A stretch of DNA of 56,786 nucleotides, the filler included, from Sphacelaria rigidula (taxonomy: Eukaryota), in NCBI GenBank assembly GCA_964200075.2. It is 5 parts of 5 records of this genome, joined end to end, with 100 filler letters (N's around TTAATTAATTAA, not from the genome) between each part and the next. Parts side by side here need not be neighbours in the genome. Positions count along the whole stretch, not along the records: positions 34,133 to 45,409 come from CAXNAA020005128.1; positions 45,510 to 56,786 come from CAXNAA020005129.1; 3 more parts are not named here. The stretch is one strand, 5' to 3'. This document shows positions 34,781 through 46,256 of this stretch, piece by piece. Under the pieces are notes generated by a model. It saw only the letters and a program-made list of their open reading frames with translations, did no database searches and was not told where the DNA came from. Every line of letters starts with the position of its first letter. The stretch's first letter is position 1. A program made the position numbers and the translations under genes.

Positions 34781-37700
34781 GCTACTGGTGCTGGCGTCGA
34801 CGGCGCGTCAACACTGTCGGCCACTACACCCAGGAGTTGGAGAAGCTTAACCTGGCTATCGTCACGGAGCAGGACAAACGGATACCAAGGCGGCGACGGC
34901 GCCCCGGTTGGGGTCCAGCGCTCACGGTGAGAGGACATATCGTCAGCTCTATGGCTGTGGTGATTGGTGGATTGATTGTCGCACGGTAAATTGACTTGCT
35001 GTGACTCTAGCTGTGGTCACAAGATGGACATGAGCCGAGGGAAAATGAAAGGAAAAAATTCCATGTACAGATTAATCCGGGATCTTGTTGCTCAGGAGTT
35101 GACCCCGAGCAGAGGTGAAATGTTTGCACGTAGTCGGTGATTCCCGGAGGCCGGGCTCGGAAGAGGCCACCCGGGATTGCTGCGTTTCATATATGCACAA
35201 GAATCGGCAGAGGTGGTGCATAAGTTAACTATCAGTGTTGAAGTACAAAATTCCACTTCAGAGACTCGATGGCTGATGAGGCAAGATTTTACTCCTCTCC
35301 AACAGTATGGCCAGCGCTGAAATGACCAAGGCAAGCAACAAATATGTACGCCCCCTCCCGCCCCTCCCGCGCGCGCGCCCTCCTCCATTCCTCCGCTACT
35401 AATCTGTCTGATACGTGTGCTTCGGCTCGTGACTCTCTTCGGTCGTGATCCGAACAGAACAACACCCCCGGGCCTGATTGATCTCTCTACGTTACGCAAA
35501 TTATAAAACATTTTTTTTGGTCAACGTCATTTTCGTTTCGCCAACAGCAATAACCGCACACACTTTTCTGGAGCGAAACGACATCAACCTCCCAAAACCA
35601 ACACTTCCTCGACAAAGCTTTTGTCATCGCATACCGCGATAAATGAACGTATGAACGCTGGATCCCTCCCTCCCCCCGCCCGAAAAAAACAGTCCATATC
35701 TTCCGTTGACATGAGCTACGACCTGGACGCCATCCCAGACCGAGAAGTGGGCCCGATCGAGCGCGTGGTGCTGCAGGAGGACCTCGAAGCTTTGCTCTCG
35801 GAGAGCGAAGCTTCGTCCGAGGCCCGCGCTAACAGTAGCAGTAACGATGGGGGCCCCAACAACAGCGATGGCGACGGCGACAGTGATGGAAGCAAAGTCC
35901 CCGCAGCACTTGCAGTAAAAGCGGCAGCTGGGTCGGGCACCAGTAGTAGTGTCGGTGGCCGGGGTCCCAAAGCTGGAGAAGATGCTACTGCTCGTGGCCT
36001 TGGCGGTGAGCCTGACAGCGCCGCAGCTGCGATGATGAGCAACGGCCATGGTAGTTACGATGGGTATGACGGTGGACGCGCGACGAACGGAACCCCACCA
36101 CGGTCGCCACCACCACCGCTACGCGCAAGGGCAACACCACCAAGATCGTCACCGCCACCCTCGCGAGCGAGAACAACAGCCACCGTGTCCCCTGCCAGCG
36201 ACGACGACCAGATGGAACACCGTGCGGTGGCGACTCCATTCAGCAGCATGGAGGCGGGCGTGAATATCGGACTGTCTCCCGCACGCGACGGAAAACAGTC
36301 GGCCCCACGCAGGGCAGGTAGCGGTAACGTGACGTCGTCCCCTGAGCAGGCGGGCGCTTATAGGCGCCAGAGCGAACCCACGAGCACAGGGGGGGGGGGT
36401 GGCGGCAGGGCTGTGCGGGTTCAAAGTGCTTCGCCCAAGGGCCGTGCGACGGGAAGTGCTGGGCTGGGCTGGGGGGTCGGTGGCGAGCCCCGTGTTTCCA
36501 AGCTTCCCGCCAGCGGGTCGACCCTTCCGCGTCTTAGCGTAGATTTGATCAATGTGGATCCCGTTGGGGAAGCGGTGAGACACGTGAGTATCTTCGAGCG
36601 GGAGGGGGAATGGGGAAGGGGGGGGGCGAGGGATCGTGTGCGAAATATTGTCAAGAAGAAGAAAAGTCTTATGGTTGACTGTGGAACGAAGATGGAGATA
36701 TTTCCGTTGCTATTTGATTGGTCTAGTAGTGAGGCATCACCTGCGTGTGCCTGTGCGTGTGCGGTGGTGAAGTAGCGGGAGACACGTTCTCATCCTGAAG
36801 GAGATGGGTCGCTGTGCAAGTCGTGTTGGTAGGATGTGGCAGGATCATCATATCTTGTAAAAGCGTTTTCTGACAATTTCGTAGGTTTCGATGTTGTCGT
36901 GAAGGAGTGTAGATTTGCAGAGCTGTCTGCGTGTTGAAAGACACGGAATATTTTGTGTGTCTATACATATTTTGTACCACACGAATCTGGGGCTCTTCAC
37001 CGGTCGTTCTCTCTGGTATGCTGCGTTGCATCATACGGAAATTTGTGTTGTTCAACGCCGCCACATGCTGCCCCCTTGGCTCTCAAAACACCCGTTCGTT
37101 CCCCCCCGAAACGTGTGTATGTACGTGCGCGCGCGCGCGTGTGTGCCTTTGTCCCCATCTTTTCTCGGACCGGCTGACAAACACCGCCGACCAAACAACC
37201 AAATATTCAAAAGACCGCGAAAACCATCCACAAGAACATGAGGGAAAAATCATTCCACTATCGAAACAGAAGCTACGGCGCGACAGCCGCCACGTCCGCC
37301 AAAAACGGCAACGACGGTAGCCAAGATCGTCTCCTGGGTAACGGAAAGCAAACACCTACCATCGATCAGGGAATGCCCACAGGAAACCCCGTTGTGCCAA
37401 ACGACCCCTCCCTCAACGTCAGCATCGGAGGTGGCGGGAGACTGGGGCGCAGCTTCGGGCACGGCTTCGGATATCTATGGGGGGGCGGGGATGGAGTGGC
37501 GGCGACCGCGGGCGGCGAGTCGTCCATGTTGCTCATGCCTTCCAGGCGCATGTCGCTCACAAGGAAGACGGGGCCGCGATATTCGAGCCGCGCGTTTGTG
37601 ACGTTTCGATCGTTTAGCGCCGCGACGGTTGCGCGGCAGGTGCTACACTGTGCCCGCCCGGGGAGGATGGCTGCCAGCTCGGCGCCCGAGGCGAGGGATA

Positions 37701-37997
37701 TCTACTGGCCCAACGCTATCGTGACCAGGCGGCAGGTACGGTGTTTGGAAGAGGGGGAGGGCGGGAGGGCGGCGGAAACACAAAGGAATAGTGAAAGTAG
37801 GCTTTTTTCGCTTCACCGTTCTTGTTGTTGAGGTACTCGGTATCGGGGACGTGCTGTTGAGTGTGTTCTCGTGTGGCAGTCTAATGCCTGTTTTGACACA
37901 TTTCCAAGTGCATTGACCACAGCTGATTTCGTAGCGGATCGGTTCGTGGGTAGCATTTTTCCTCAAGCTGATGCCATTCCAGGCACTTCTTGCTTAA

Positions 37998-38046
<49 letters not shown>

Positions 38047-41000
38047 CCCCGCCCCACCCGCCCTCTTCCCTCCCTTCCTTTCTCTCGCGCGNNNNNNNNN
38101 NTAGCTTCACCCCCCCCCCCCCCCCCCTCCCAAAATCCTCCTGAGAAAACTTTTTTCGGGATTAGTTTGTTTTGTGACGAGAGGAGTGAGTAAAACGTTC
38201 ATCGGCCACTTTTTGACGTTGTGGTGCTGAAATGCCTTCTTCATTTTCTTGCAGCCTTTGAAAAGAGCTGAGAAGCGAGTTCATTTGTCGAGCTTCTTGT
38301 GTTTGGATGGAGGGGGGAGGGGGGCGGCGGCGTACTGAGTAGGGAGGAGAGATATAATATTTTCTGGTCGAATGGTGTCTTCTAGCTTCCGACGCTTTCT
38401 CATGTCGGATGCCGAGGTGACCCTAAGCTGTATGTAACGCTGGGCTCGCACGAAAAACAACAACCTGTAGACCCACCTCTCACAGAAAGCCGTGCCTTAT
38501 GTCGATGCTGAGATTTTTTGTGTTTTTTTATTCAAAGTATTCACTCGCTCTTGCGTCGTGGGTGTGCGTGTTTTTCTCGGGGGGGTTCCCGCCGCGATGA
38601 GCAGCATACAGTGAGACGCCTGGTGGTGGAGATCGTCCTGGGAGCGCTGATGATATTCTTTCCGGTGCTGGTGACGTTGCTCAGCTTCTCGTTCTCGGCG
38701 GAAAATCTCATGCAGCGATCGGGGGTAAGAGTTGGCATACGGTACACACGGATTATTATTCTTATATCATTTTTGCACATAAGTCACGGAAGAAAACTTC
38801 ATCTCACTTTTTTTCTGTAGTTTTCTTTTCCTTGTTGCATGTTTCGACCGATTGATGACAAATAGAGCTTTGCTATAAAGTAGGTAAGTAAACAGTTGAG
38901 AGTGAATGGCATGGAAGTCTTGATGGGACACGAACCGCGCTCGGCGAGTCTTGTTCGTGGGTGGTCTTTGCTTTGATCGCTGTGGCGGTATCGGCGATGG
39001 TGGCAATATTCCCGTGTTTTTGCTCTCTACAGTGCCGCGCCCCGGTGGTGTAATGGTCCGAGTGTCGTTATTAGGTTGGAGAGAACGAGGATTCGAATCC
39101 CGATGCGTTGGAGGTTTTTCCTCGTAATATCATCTGATTTCCACCGTGGAAAGCATGAAAACGTGAGTGAACAAAGTAGTCCACTGAATTCGTTCGGCGT
39201 AAGTTGACGCAGTGCGGGAGTGCTGATAGTCATGACCCAATCCGCGAGACCAAAATGCAAGGCGTGCACCGTGTGGGGGGGAAGGGGGAGCGGTTCTTGC
39301 CTGCCTCAGTCGTTTTAAGCATAGCGCCCAGTCGTGCAGGTGGACTTTTAATTTTTGGGCTGGTTTATCTTGGGGGGTTTGGAATAGTTGTTCTGATGAA
39401 AGACACATGTCCTACGTAGAAACACGGGTGGTTGAGTCCGTCGGGTGGTCACCGCGTATTTATCCGTGTCATTGTCGGAACAGCTAGTACCACACAACGT
39501 ACGAAGCAATCTCCGCGAAACACCGGGGAAATATTGCGAATCCGGCCGTTGTACTGACGGAGCCTTAAGCAGATACATCTGTGTGTTCCATGCTGTGCTG
39601 ATACAGAAGCCCCCAAAACACCAACCCGCCCGCTCCATTATAGATGTGGATTTTACACTCGTCATGAATGTTTTGTCACATGTACGCATTCTGACTTGCG
39701 GCGTTTCCTCACATTTGGCTGGCAAAAATTGCGTGACAGATAGCGATTCACATCACTTGCTCTTCCTTTTTTACATGTACACATACACAAACACAAGCAT
39801 CCCAGATCTTGCGCGTGCACTGTGATCGCCACCGTGATGATGAAAAAAATGCATCGGACGGACCCTGCCGAATGACATGTTTTTTTATTATTTATTTTCT
39901 ACGTGTAGGTGATCAAGATGCTGTGCGGCCGGTCGTCTCTGTTTCAGAGTATGGTCGAGCTCATTCAGCCAATGATGGTGATTGCGGTCATGGCTACGTT
40001 GCCCGTGCTACTGCGCTGGGTGGGGCACTTCGAGGTGGGTCACCGAAGGTGTTTTGTCATCTTATTTTATACTGGTCATTTTCCAGAAATGTAGCGCCCG
40101 TAGGTCTCAGCCGTGGCACATGGAGACAGAATACAAGGGGGCGGGCGGGGGGGATAGCTGCGCATCAAGCTTTTACTGACTCGTGATATCATTCACGTTG
40201 AACGCATGTGCCAATTTCTAGCCAAGCAAATCCTCGCGAGATTTTTTTGCCAAGAGGGCATCAGCGTTGCCTCAAGTGTGTGTTGAACGCGGGACGTGAG
40301 GGCATGCGACTGATTTCCGAACGTTTCAAGAGGATGCATGAGCTTGGTGGAATTGGCTGGTTTGCGATTATAGTAGTGTTCTTCGAGGCGAGTGTATGTG
40401 ACGAAGTCTAGAACTTTTTGCCCCCCCGCGAGGTCAATGGTCTTACGACTATGGCATGCATGATCATGAGTACACCCCCCGCTATTTGACACACCTCTTA
40501 CATACAGTAGCGGTCTGCTCGTAAGAACCTGAAAATAAGGGTCAACCCGAGTTTCTCATCTGGTGCGAGGGTTGATCCTCGCCTACTGTATTTGACTTAG
40601 TGTGAAGACTGTCGCCGAGGCTGAACTCTTCCTTGTGAGTGCGCCGCCACTGTACATTGACGTCTCTTCCGTTCTATTTTTTCAACTTCTCTTCTCTTTA
40701 TTGTCCACAAAATTGCTGTGACAAAGTAGCAACCGCAAACAAGTGTCGTCCGTCTCCGAAACGCTGCTCATGTAAAGGCGTATGGTGATGGACGTCTTTG
40801 ATTCTGAGAATGACCCGTTGCACTGTTTGGCATAATTTTTCATCATGCCCACACCCTGCCGGTCACCCCGGTGGCTCAGTTTGTAAACTCGGAACCTTCT
40901 GACGCTTGGGTTGTAGGGTCGAATCTCTGAGCGATCTGAGATTTTTTCTCACAGAGCCCAGCAGTGGAGATCGAGTAGATCCTGGGTGCACGAAATTTTG

Positions 41001-42436
41001 ACTCAACGGTCGACAAAAGGAAGGGATTACTGAATCCCTCTCGCGATGAAAAAGTAAAGGAAAGCACCGCAGAAGGAAGGTGGAGAACGAACAAGGATTG
41101 AAAAGAAAAAAAAATGTTGAAGTTCCTCCTGTGTGACCCCGGCTGATGAGCTCACATATACCGAAAGGTGTAGACGGACATCCAGAATAATTGAGATGAC
41201 AACACCCTGTGATCGAACGCTGGAACACCCGAATTTCCCCGCGCGCGCGACACACGCAAGATCAATGGTCATACGACTTTGGCATGCAAGACTGTGAGTA
41301 CACCCCCATTCCCCTCCCCTCCCCCCCGCTAACGGCAATTGGGGTATTCTGTCGAACAAGAAAAGGGTTGTGCTCTGTCGCTTGTCGGACGCCTCCTCTT
41401 TGTGCTGCCGTCTTTTGCATCATCCTACGTCGATATATGATTCATTTTCCGATGAAACACGGTACCGTCGTGGGCGCGCCGGGGGGACATCACAGGGCAT
41501 CTTGGCGGAGAGCATGATCCAGATGCAGACGCTGTCGCGATACTTCTCGTTTCAAGTCCTCAACGTGTTCCTAGTCACCACCATCGCTCGCTTCGCCGTT
41601 GAGGTGAGGATCATGATGTGTGCATGATGAATGAGTTGCAGATGATCGTGGTCATTCATATACACGACGTGTGCAGCATGTCGTGTGTCGACTTGATAAT
41701 ACAGAAGAAAGTTCATCCGTGGTTTTGTGTTGACTCGTCCACCCCCGATGTGTGGGAACAGGATCAATTCGTCTCACTTTTCCACGGTTAGGACAAATCA
41801 TCACGACTCAAAATCACCAAATTCACGATTTCTTCGGCCTGATCGCTCAAAAGGGAGAAAAAAGTTGATCGATGGTCCAAGGGGTATCCACACAACTTTT
41901 GCGCCATTCCACGTGTCTAGGCTGCATGTACCTGGGTTGCAACGCTGAAATAAAGGCTAGGGATTGATTCATCACGAGTCGACTCATTATACTAAAACCA
42001 AGTGATTTCCAGACGAATTATTACTTGTCCGACCCTTGCACTTTTCCATCACGTCTGGATCATGCCATATACTTTCTTGACCAGAAAACGCCACCCACCC
42101 CCATCTTCTGCCCCGCCTCCCCGCGTTTGTTGTTCCTCGTGTGCTCACGCGTTTCAATGTCAAATGCAACATTTTTTTTTCTTCTTCAAGATTTTGACGA
42201 GGCATTTTGAATCTCACGTGTTGAAAACACTGGCGGAGGACCCGTACTGGTTCTTCACACTACTCGGAGATTCGCTGCCCAAGGTGTGCGGGTTCTTTTG
42301 CGATTATGTCATAATCCGAGCTTTCTCGGGCATGTCCATGGAGCTGGTCCGGGCGTACAACCTGTTTCCCGCCTTGGTAGCGCTGCTAACGTGCAAGAGC
42401 AAGTGGTCGAGGCCTCTAGTTGCTTCTTCCGCTGAG
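34781..42436 (+). CDS. OSCA/TMEM63 (CSC1/ERD4-like) calcium-permeable stress-gated channel, internal fragment
   Basis: Phase-consistent exons 34781-34926, 35618-36583 (alternative donor 36574), 37235-37735, 38605-38724, 39909-40034, 41496-41603, 42191-42436. Family motifs: VNTVGHYTQELEKLN, RAFVTFRSFSAATVARQV, AASSAPEARDIYWPN, hydrophobic helices, LPVLLRWVGHFE|G, RYFSFQVLNVFLVTTI, LLGDSLPKVCGFFCDYVIIRAFSGMSMELVR. N-terminal and last exons not found. Confidence 0.9.
40858..41206 (+). mobile_element. tRNA-derived SINE-like element (copy 1, in an OSCA intron)
   Basis: Head GCCGGTCACCCCGGTGGCTCAGTTTG has an A-box-like motif (40872-40883) and a B-box-like GGTCGAATC (40917-40925). The ~350-bp body is homologous to the reverse complement of 14440-14804. 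Confidence 0.7.
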
Positions 42437-45409
42437 GTGGGTGAAGTCATGAACCGCTTTCCGACTTGGGTTTCGAGTTTTCGACAGTGGGATAGTTTGG
42501 ATATTATAAGCAGGGCCTTTACTTTCCCCCTCTCCTTTTTGGAGGGGCATTGGGTCAGTGTCCGTGTATTTGACTGAGTGAGTGAGAGAGTGATAGATCG
42601 TCCGACATTAACCCTTTTGGAACTCACAATGGAAAATTGATCATTTGCAATTGACGGTTTTTGAGCAAGATATGGTTGATAATTCACAGCTTATACGCAA
42701 CAAATTTGACCCAGGGCGTATTTTCCAGACCCGTGCGAGTGACAAGTGGAACAAAAGGTTTCCTCTTTTCTCGCTGCGGCGAGGTCCAGAACCCGTCGGC
42801 GTTTTTTTCTGCAGTCATGAGCTCCTTCCCCGGCCACGGTGCGCGGCAAGCCTCTGTGAAGCATGCTTCCCGCCTGACCTGCACGCCCTTCCCGCTGCAG
42901 TTTATACTCTTCGCAGCGTCAGAGCAACAAGGGCAACGCCGATGGCACATTCGCCATATTTATGAATTGGCAGTGTAATACAATCCCAGGCAGTCACCTT
43001 CCCATGCCGCCGGGGGTGCTGCGATACTGCCCTGTACAGTACTGGGTGTATTCATAGCAGTTTCGGGTAACCTCGACTGCAGACTCACGTCATGCACAAC
43101 ATCGCGCTTATGCACGTTCCAATAGCACCATCCCGCCGTTTGCAAAAATGCGTAAAGGCGACGCAGACGCCATGTGCCTTGCAGTTATGCACCGTCACTG
43201 TGGTGTAGAGTCTGCCAAGTGTCGTCGCCCCAGGGGTGATGTCTTGCTGCTTCGTGTTATGTCTGTATTGTTTTTCGAAAATATATCTGTAAAACGCGAG
43301 GCATGCGTAGAACGGCGCTCTTCGAAGTACGTGCCGACAACATCATACTGCGGGTTGACTATTACACGACGGCGTAGCGAAAGGCACAATTGCCCCACCA
43401 CATTTATACCGCGGGTTGATCGTTCCCGACCGTTGCACCGACACACTTCATGCTGCATGAGATTCATGACGCCGGCTACCGCTATCGTCTCGTGTCGTCC
43501 ACTCTCGTGGCCGACTTTTCACCTGCTTATATTTATCTTGCACGGGGTGTAGCCGCAAGTCAATGCTGTAGCCTAATGTATTTACTGACTATAGTGTTTT
43601 TCATGTAGCCTGATTACGGTAGGCGGTGTCCGTCGGCTCCCTCCCGTGTGCATGTAAATCACGCCTGCGATTACGCCCGCCATGTCCCGCCCGCACAACC
43701 TACTGTGCCTTCCACATTTGGTGACGAGATGTCGCTGGGTTCAGCCATACTATGCTGTTTGTACGATGTGGCTTGGTGAACTCGCCACCCGATGCTGCAG
43801 CCTGTCAAAGCGGTGCTTCCCTTATCTAAAAATGCTAATATACAAACGTGCCTGGTTGGACCCTGGAGCCCATTGCTGTTTTGATAATGGGATGTTTCAT
43901 GGGGGTTTTGCTGATTATTGTCGATGGATACAATTGGACACACTTCATCCGTTGCGTGGTATGATTGTACAAACCTCACCCAGATTCTCCGGTGAGGACA
44001 TTCTTCTCCGGTCTTCCATTATAAAAATGGTTGCCGTCGGCCTATTCTGTGTCCCTGTTTTCCTCTTCGTCAGGGCTTCTCATAATAAGGCGTTTGGCCA
44101 GGGGACAGGGCGGGAGGGTTCCAAAAGGGTTAACCGATCCCCGAGGGACCCACCCAGCCGTGATTGGTCATTATCCACGAAATAGACGTACCCAATGAAA
44201 GGCCAAGAATGCTTTGGCGGAACGCAGCAGAAACATGTCATTGATTGTAGCAGTTAACTGCCCCGCCACGAATCCATCTATGGTTACAAGGTACAAGATG
44301 AGAGCTTCCCAACTGAATATGACAAGTCACAATATTTCTAATGTGACAGTCACAAGGGGGCCGCTGTCCAACACATGTGGAAAAGGGGTAAAGGGGATGG
44401 CGTGCAGGAGCGGGGGGAAAGTTAGCATGGGTTGGGGACACCGACTCATGCATATCGACCCAGGGTGATTCGAGTAGGGTACCCTACGGCTAGGGTGTCC
44501 TGGAATTACCTGGGAGTACCCTGCATGAGATATTGACCGTCGCAATACCCGTGTACTGCGAGGTACAAGGGGGTATCGACTGATGAAGGATATTAGAACA
44601 TTTCAGGGCGCCTGAACTACATACTTCGCTTGCACCACTGGTACTTGTACCCTATTACCGTGTAGCCTGATCAGCTTTGATGTCGGAGGGCAAGAATAGT
44701 GTTCCAATTGTCCCTGCGATTACAATATCGCGTTGGCTGGAATGTAGAAGATGGATCCATGGTAGCACCCGATAAACCACCAGCACAAACCATGATACGT
44801 GGGATGGATTCAGGGTACGATACGATCTCTAATCTGGCGTCAATCGACACCCCCTACCCGCCGCTCGCCGCTCGCCGCTACCCCTAGTTGGCTGTGACGG
44901 TGGACTTTTCACACTTTCTTGAGATATGTATCATGTGCGGCAAACCAATAATCGATCAAGCGTTAATCATCAATATTGTTATACATGGTGCGAGATCATC
45001 CCGCCCCCTCCTCCCCCCCCCCCCCAGCCTGGTCCGGCAAGAACCCGGCGTGCTCCGTCTCGGTTTTGTAGAGGCGGACCCGATGGGGTTGGCGTCGGTT
45101 GGTGATGACTCTATAAAACACGCCACTCACTGCGTAAGCTAGGCAAGCAGGTTACCGATTTTTTTCGCGCGCTTTTCTTTTTTTTGTGGTAACCATGATG
45201 GTGGTGGAGCTAGATCATGTTGTGTGGCGTGTGAGAACCTCAACTCCGCACAACGAGGATGACCGCACCACGTAGTGTTTGAATGGTAAGACACCCATGA
45301 GGCAGTGTGTAAGTCGTTGCTGTCTCTGGAAGTGGCGATAGCAACAATAAAGCAACCCAGTCAAGGGTCGGACAAATAACGAGTCGCCCGGAAATTACTT
45401 GGTTTTAGT

Positions 45410-45509
45410 NNNNNNNNNNNNNNNNNNNNNNNNNNNNNNNNNNNNNNNNNNNNTTAATTAATTAANNNNNNNNNNNNNNNNNNNNNNNNNNNNNNNNNNN
45501 NNNNNNNNN
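45410..45509. other. Artificial contig linker (N44-TTAATTAATTAA-N44)
   Basis: Same 100-bp spacer. Confidence 0.97.
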
Positions 45510-45583
45510 TCAATCCTCCGGGTTCTCATCCTCAATCAAAAGCACCATCCTCAACATAGATGATTGGCTGTTACGAGTGAGTA

Positions 45584-46256
45584 TGACTCGTGGCACTCGC
45601 ACTCGTTGGACTGCTTGTTGGCCGTAAAATTTACAGGGCGAGCACTCGAGTCATTGCTCGTTGGCCGTAAAAATAGGGCGAGCACTCGAATCATTGCTCT
45701 CGTTGTGTTGAGAAATGGTAGGGCGAGCACTCGAGTCTTTACTCGTGGTGGAAAATATTACTAGGGCGAGTACTCGAGTCATTGCTCGTGGTGGAGAAGT
45801 AAATGACTCGAGTATACACGAGTTATTATTATTGCTCGTGATGAACGACTTGGGTGGAGGGGTCAGCAATCCGACGAGCAAACAATTATAATGGGCTCTT
45901 CGACGATCTTGAACCTAGAATCTTCAAGTTCATAGGCAAACATATCTGCACATGTACAAGCGCCAATCTCCAAAGCTCGTTTTCATTTTATCCAAGCACC
46001 CCTCCCCCCCCCCCGTCCCACACAGAGAGAGATCACAGTTCTACCAATAAGGCGACGGAGAGTATCTCTCGAGTAGTATATTTATAGGACGAGCGCTCGA
46101 GTCATTGTTGTGAAAAAAAAATGATGACTCGGGCACACGACTCATTGCTCTTGTTTTGAAAACAAATAAATAATCATGACTGATTCGAGCACACGAGTCA
46201 TCGCTCGTTGTGAAAAAAAATAATGACTCGAGCACACGAGTCATGCTCGTTGTATT
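45584..46256. repeat. Degenerate ~40-bp minisatellite with palindromic core (GGGCGAGCACTCGAGTCATTGCTCGTTG / TGACTCGAGCACACGAGTCA)
   Basis: Unit blocks at about 45635-45845 and 46085-46256, interrupted by about 240 bp of unique sequence. Confidence 0.75.

Noticed and set aside
40858-40930. Functional tRNA gene
   Set aside because: I could not fold a convincing cloverleaf, and it is attached to a repeated 350-bp body, so it is better read as a SINE head.
45584-46256. CRISPR array
   Set aside because: Eukaryotic context, degenerate repeats, short A/T-rich linkers of uneven length, and no cas genes.
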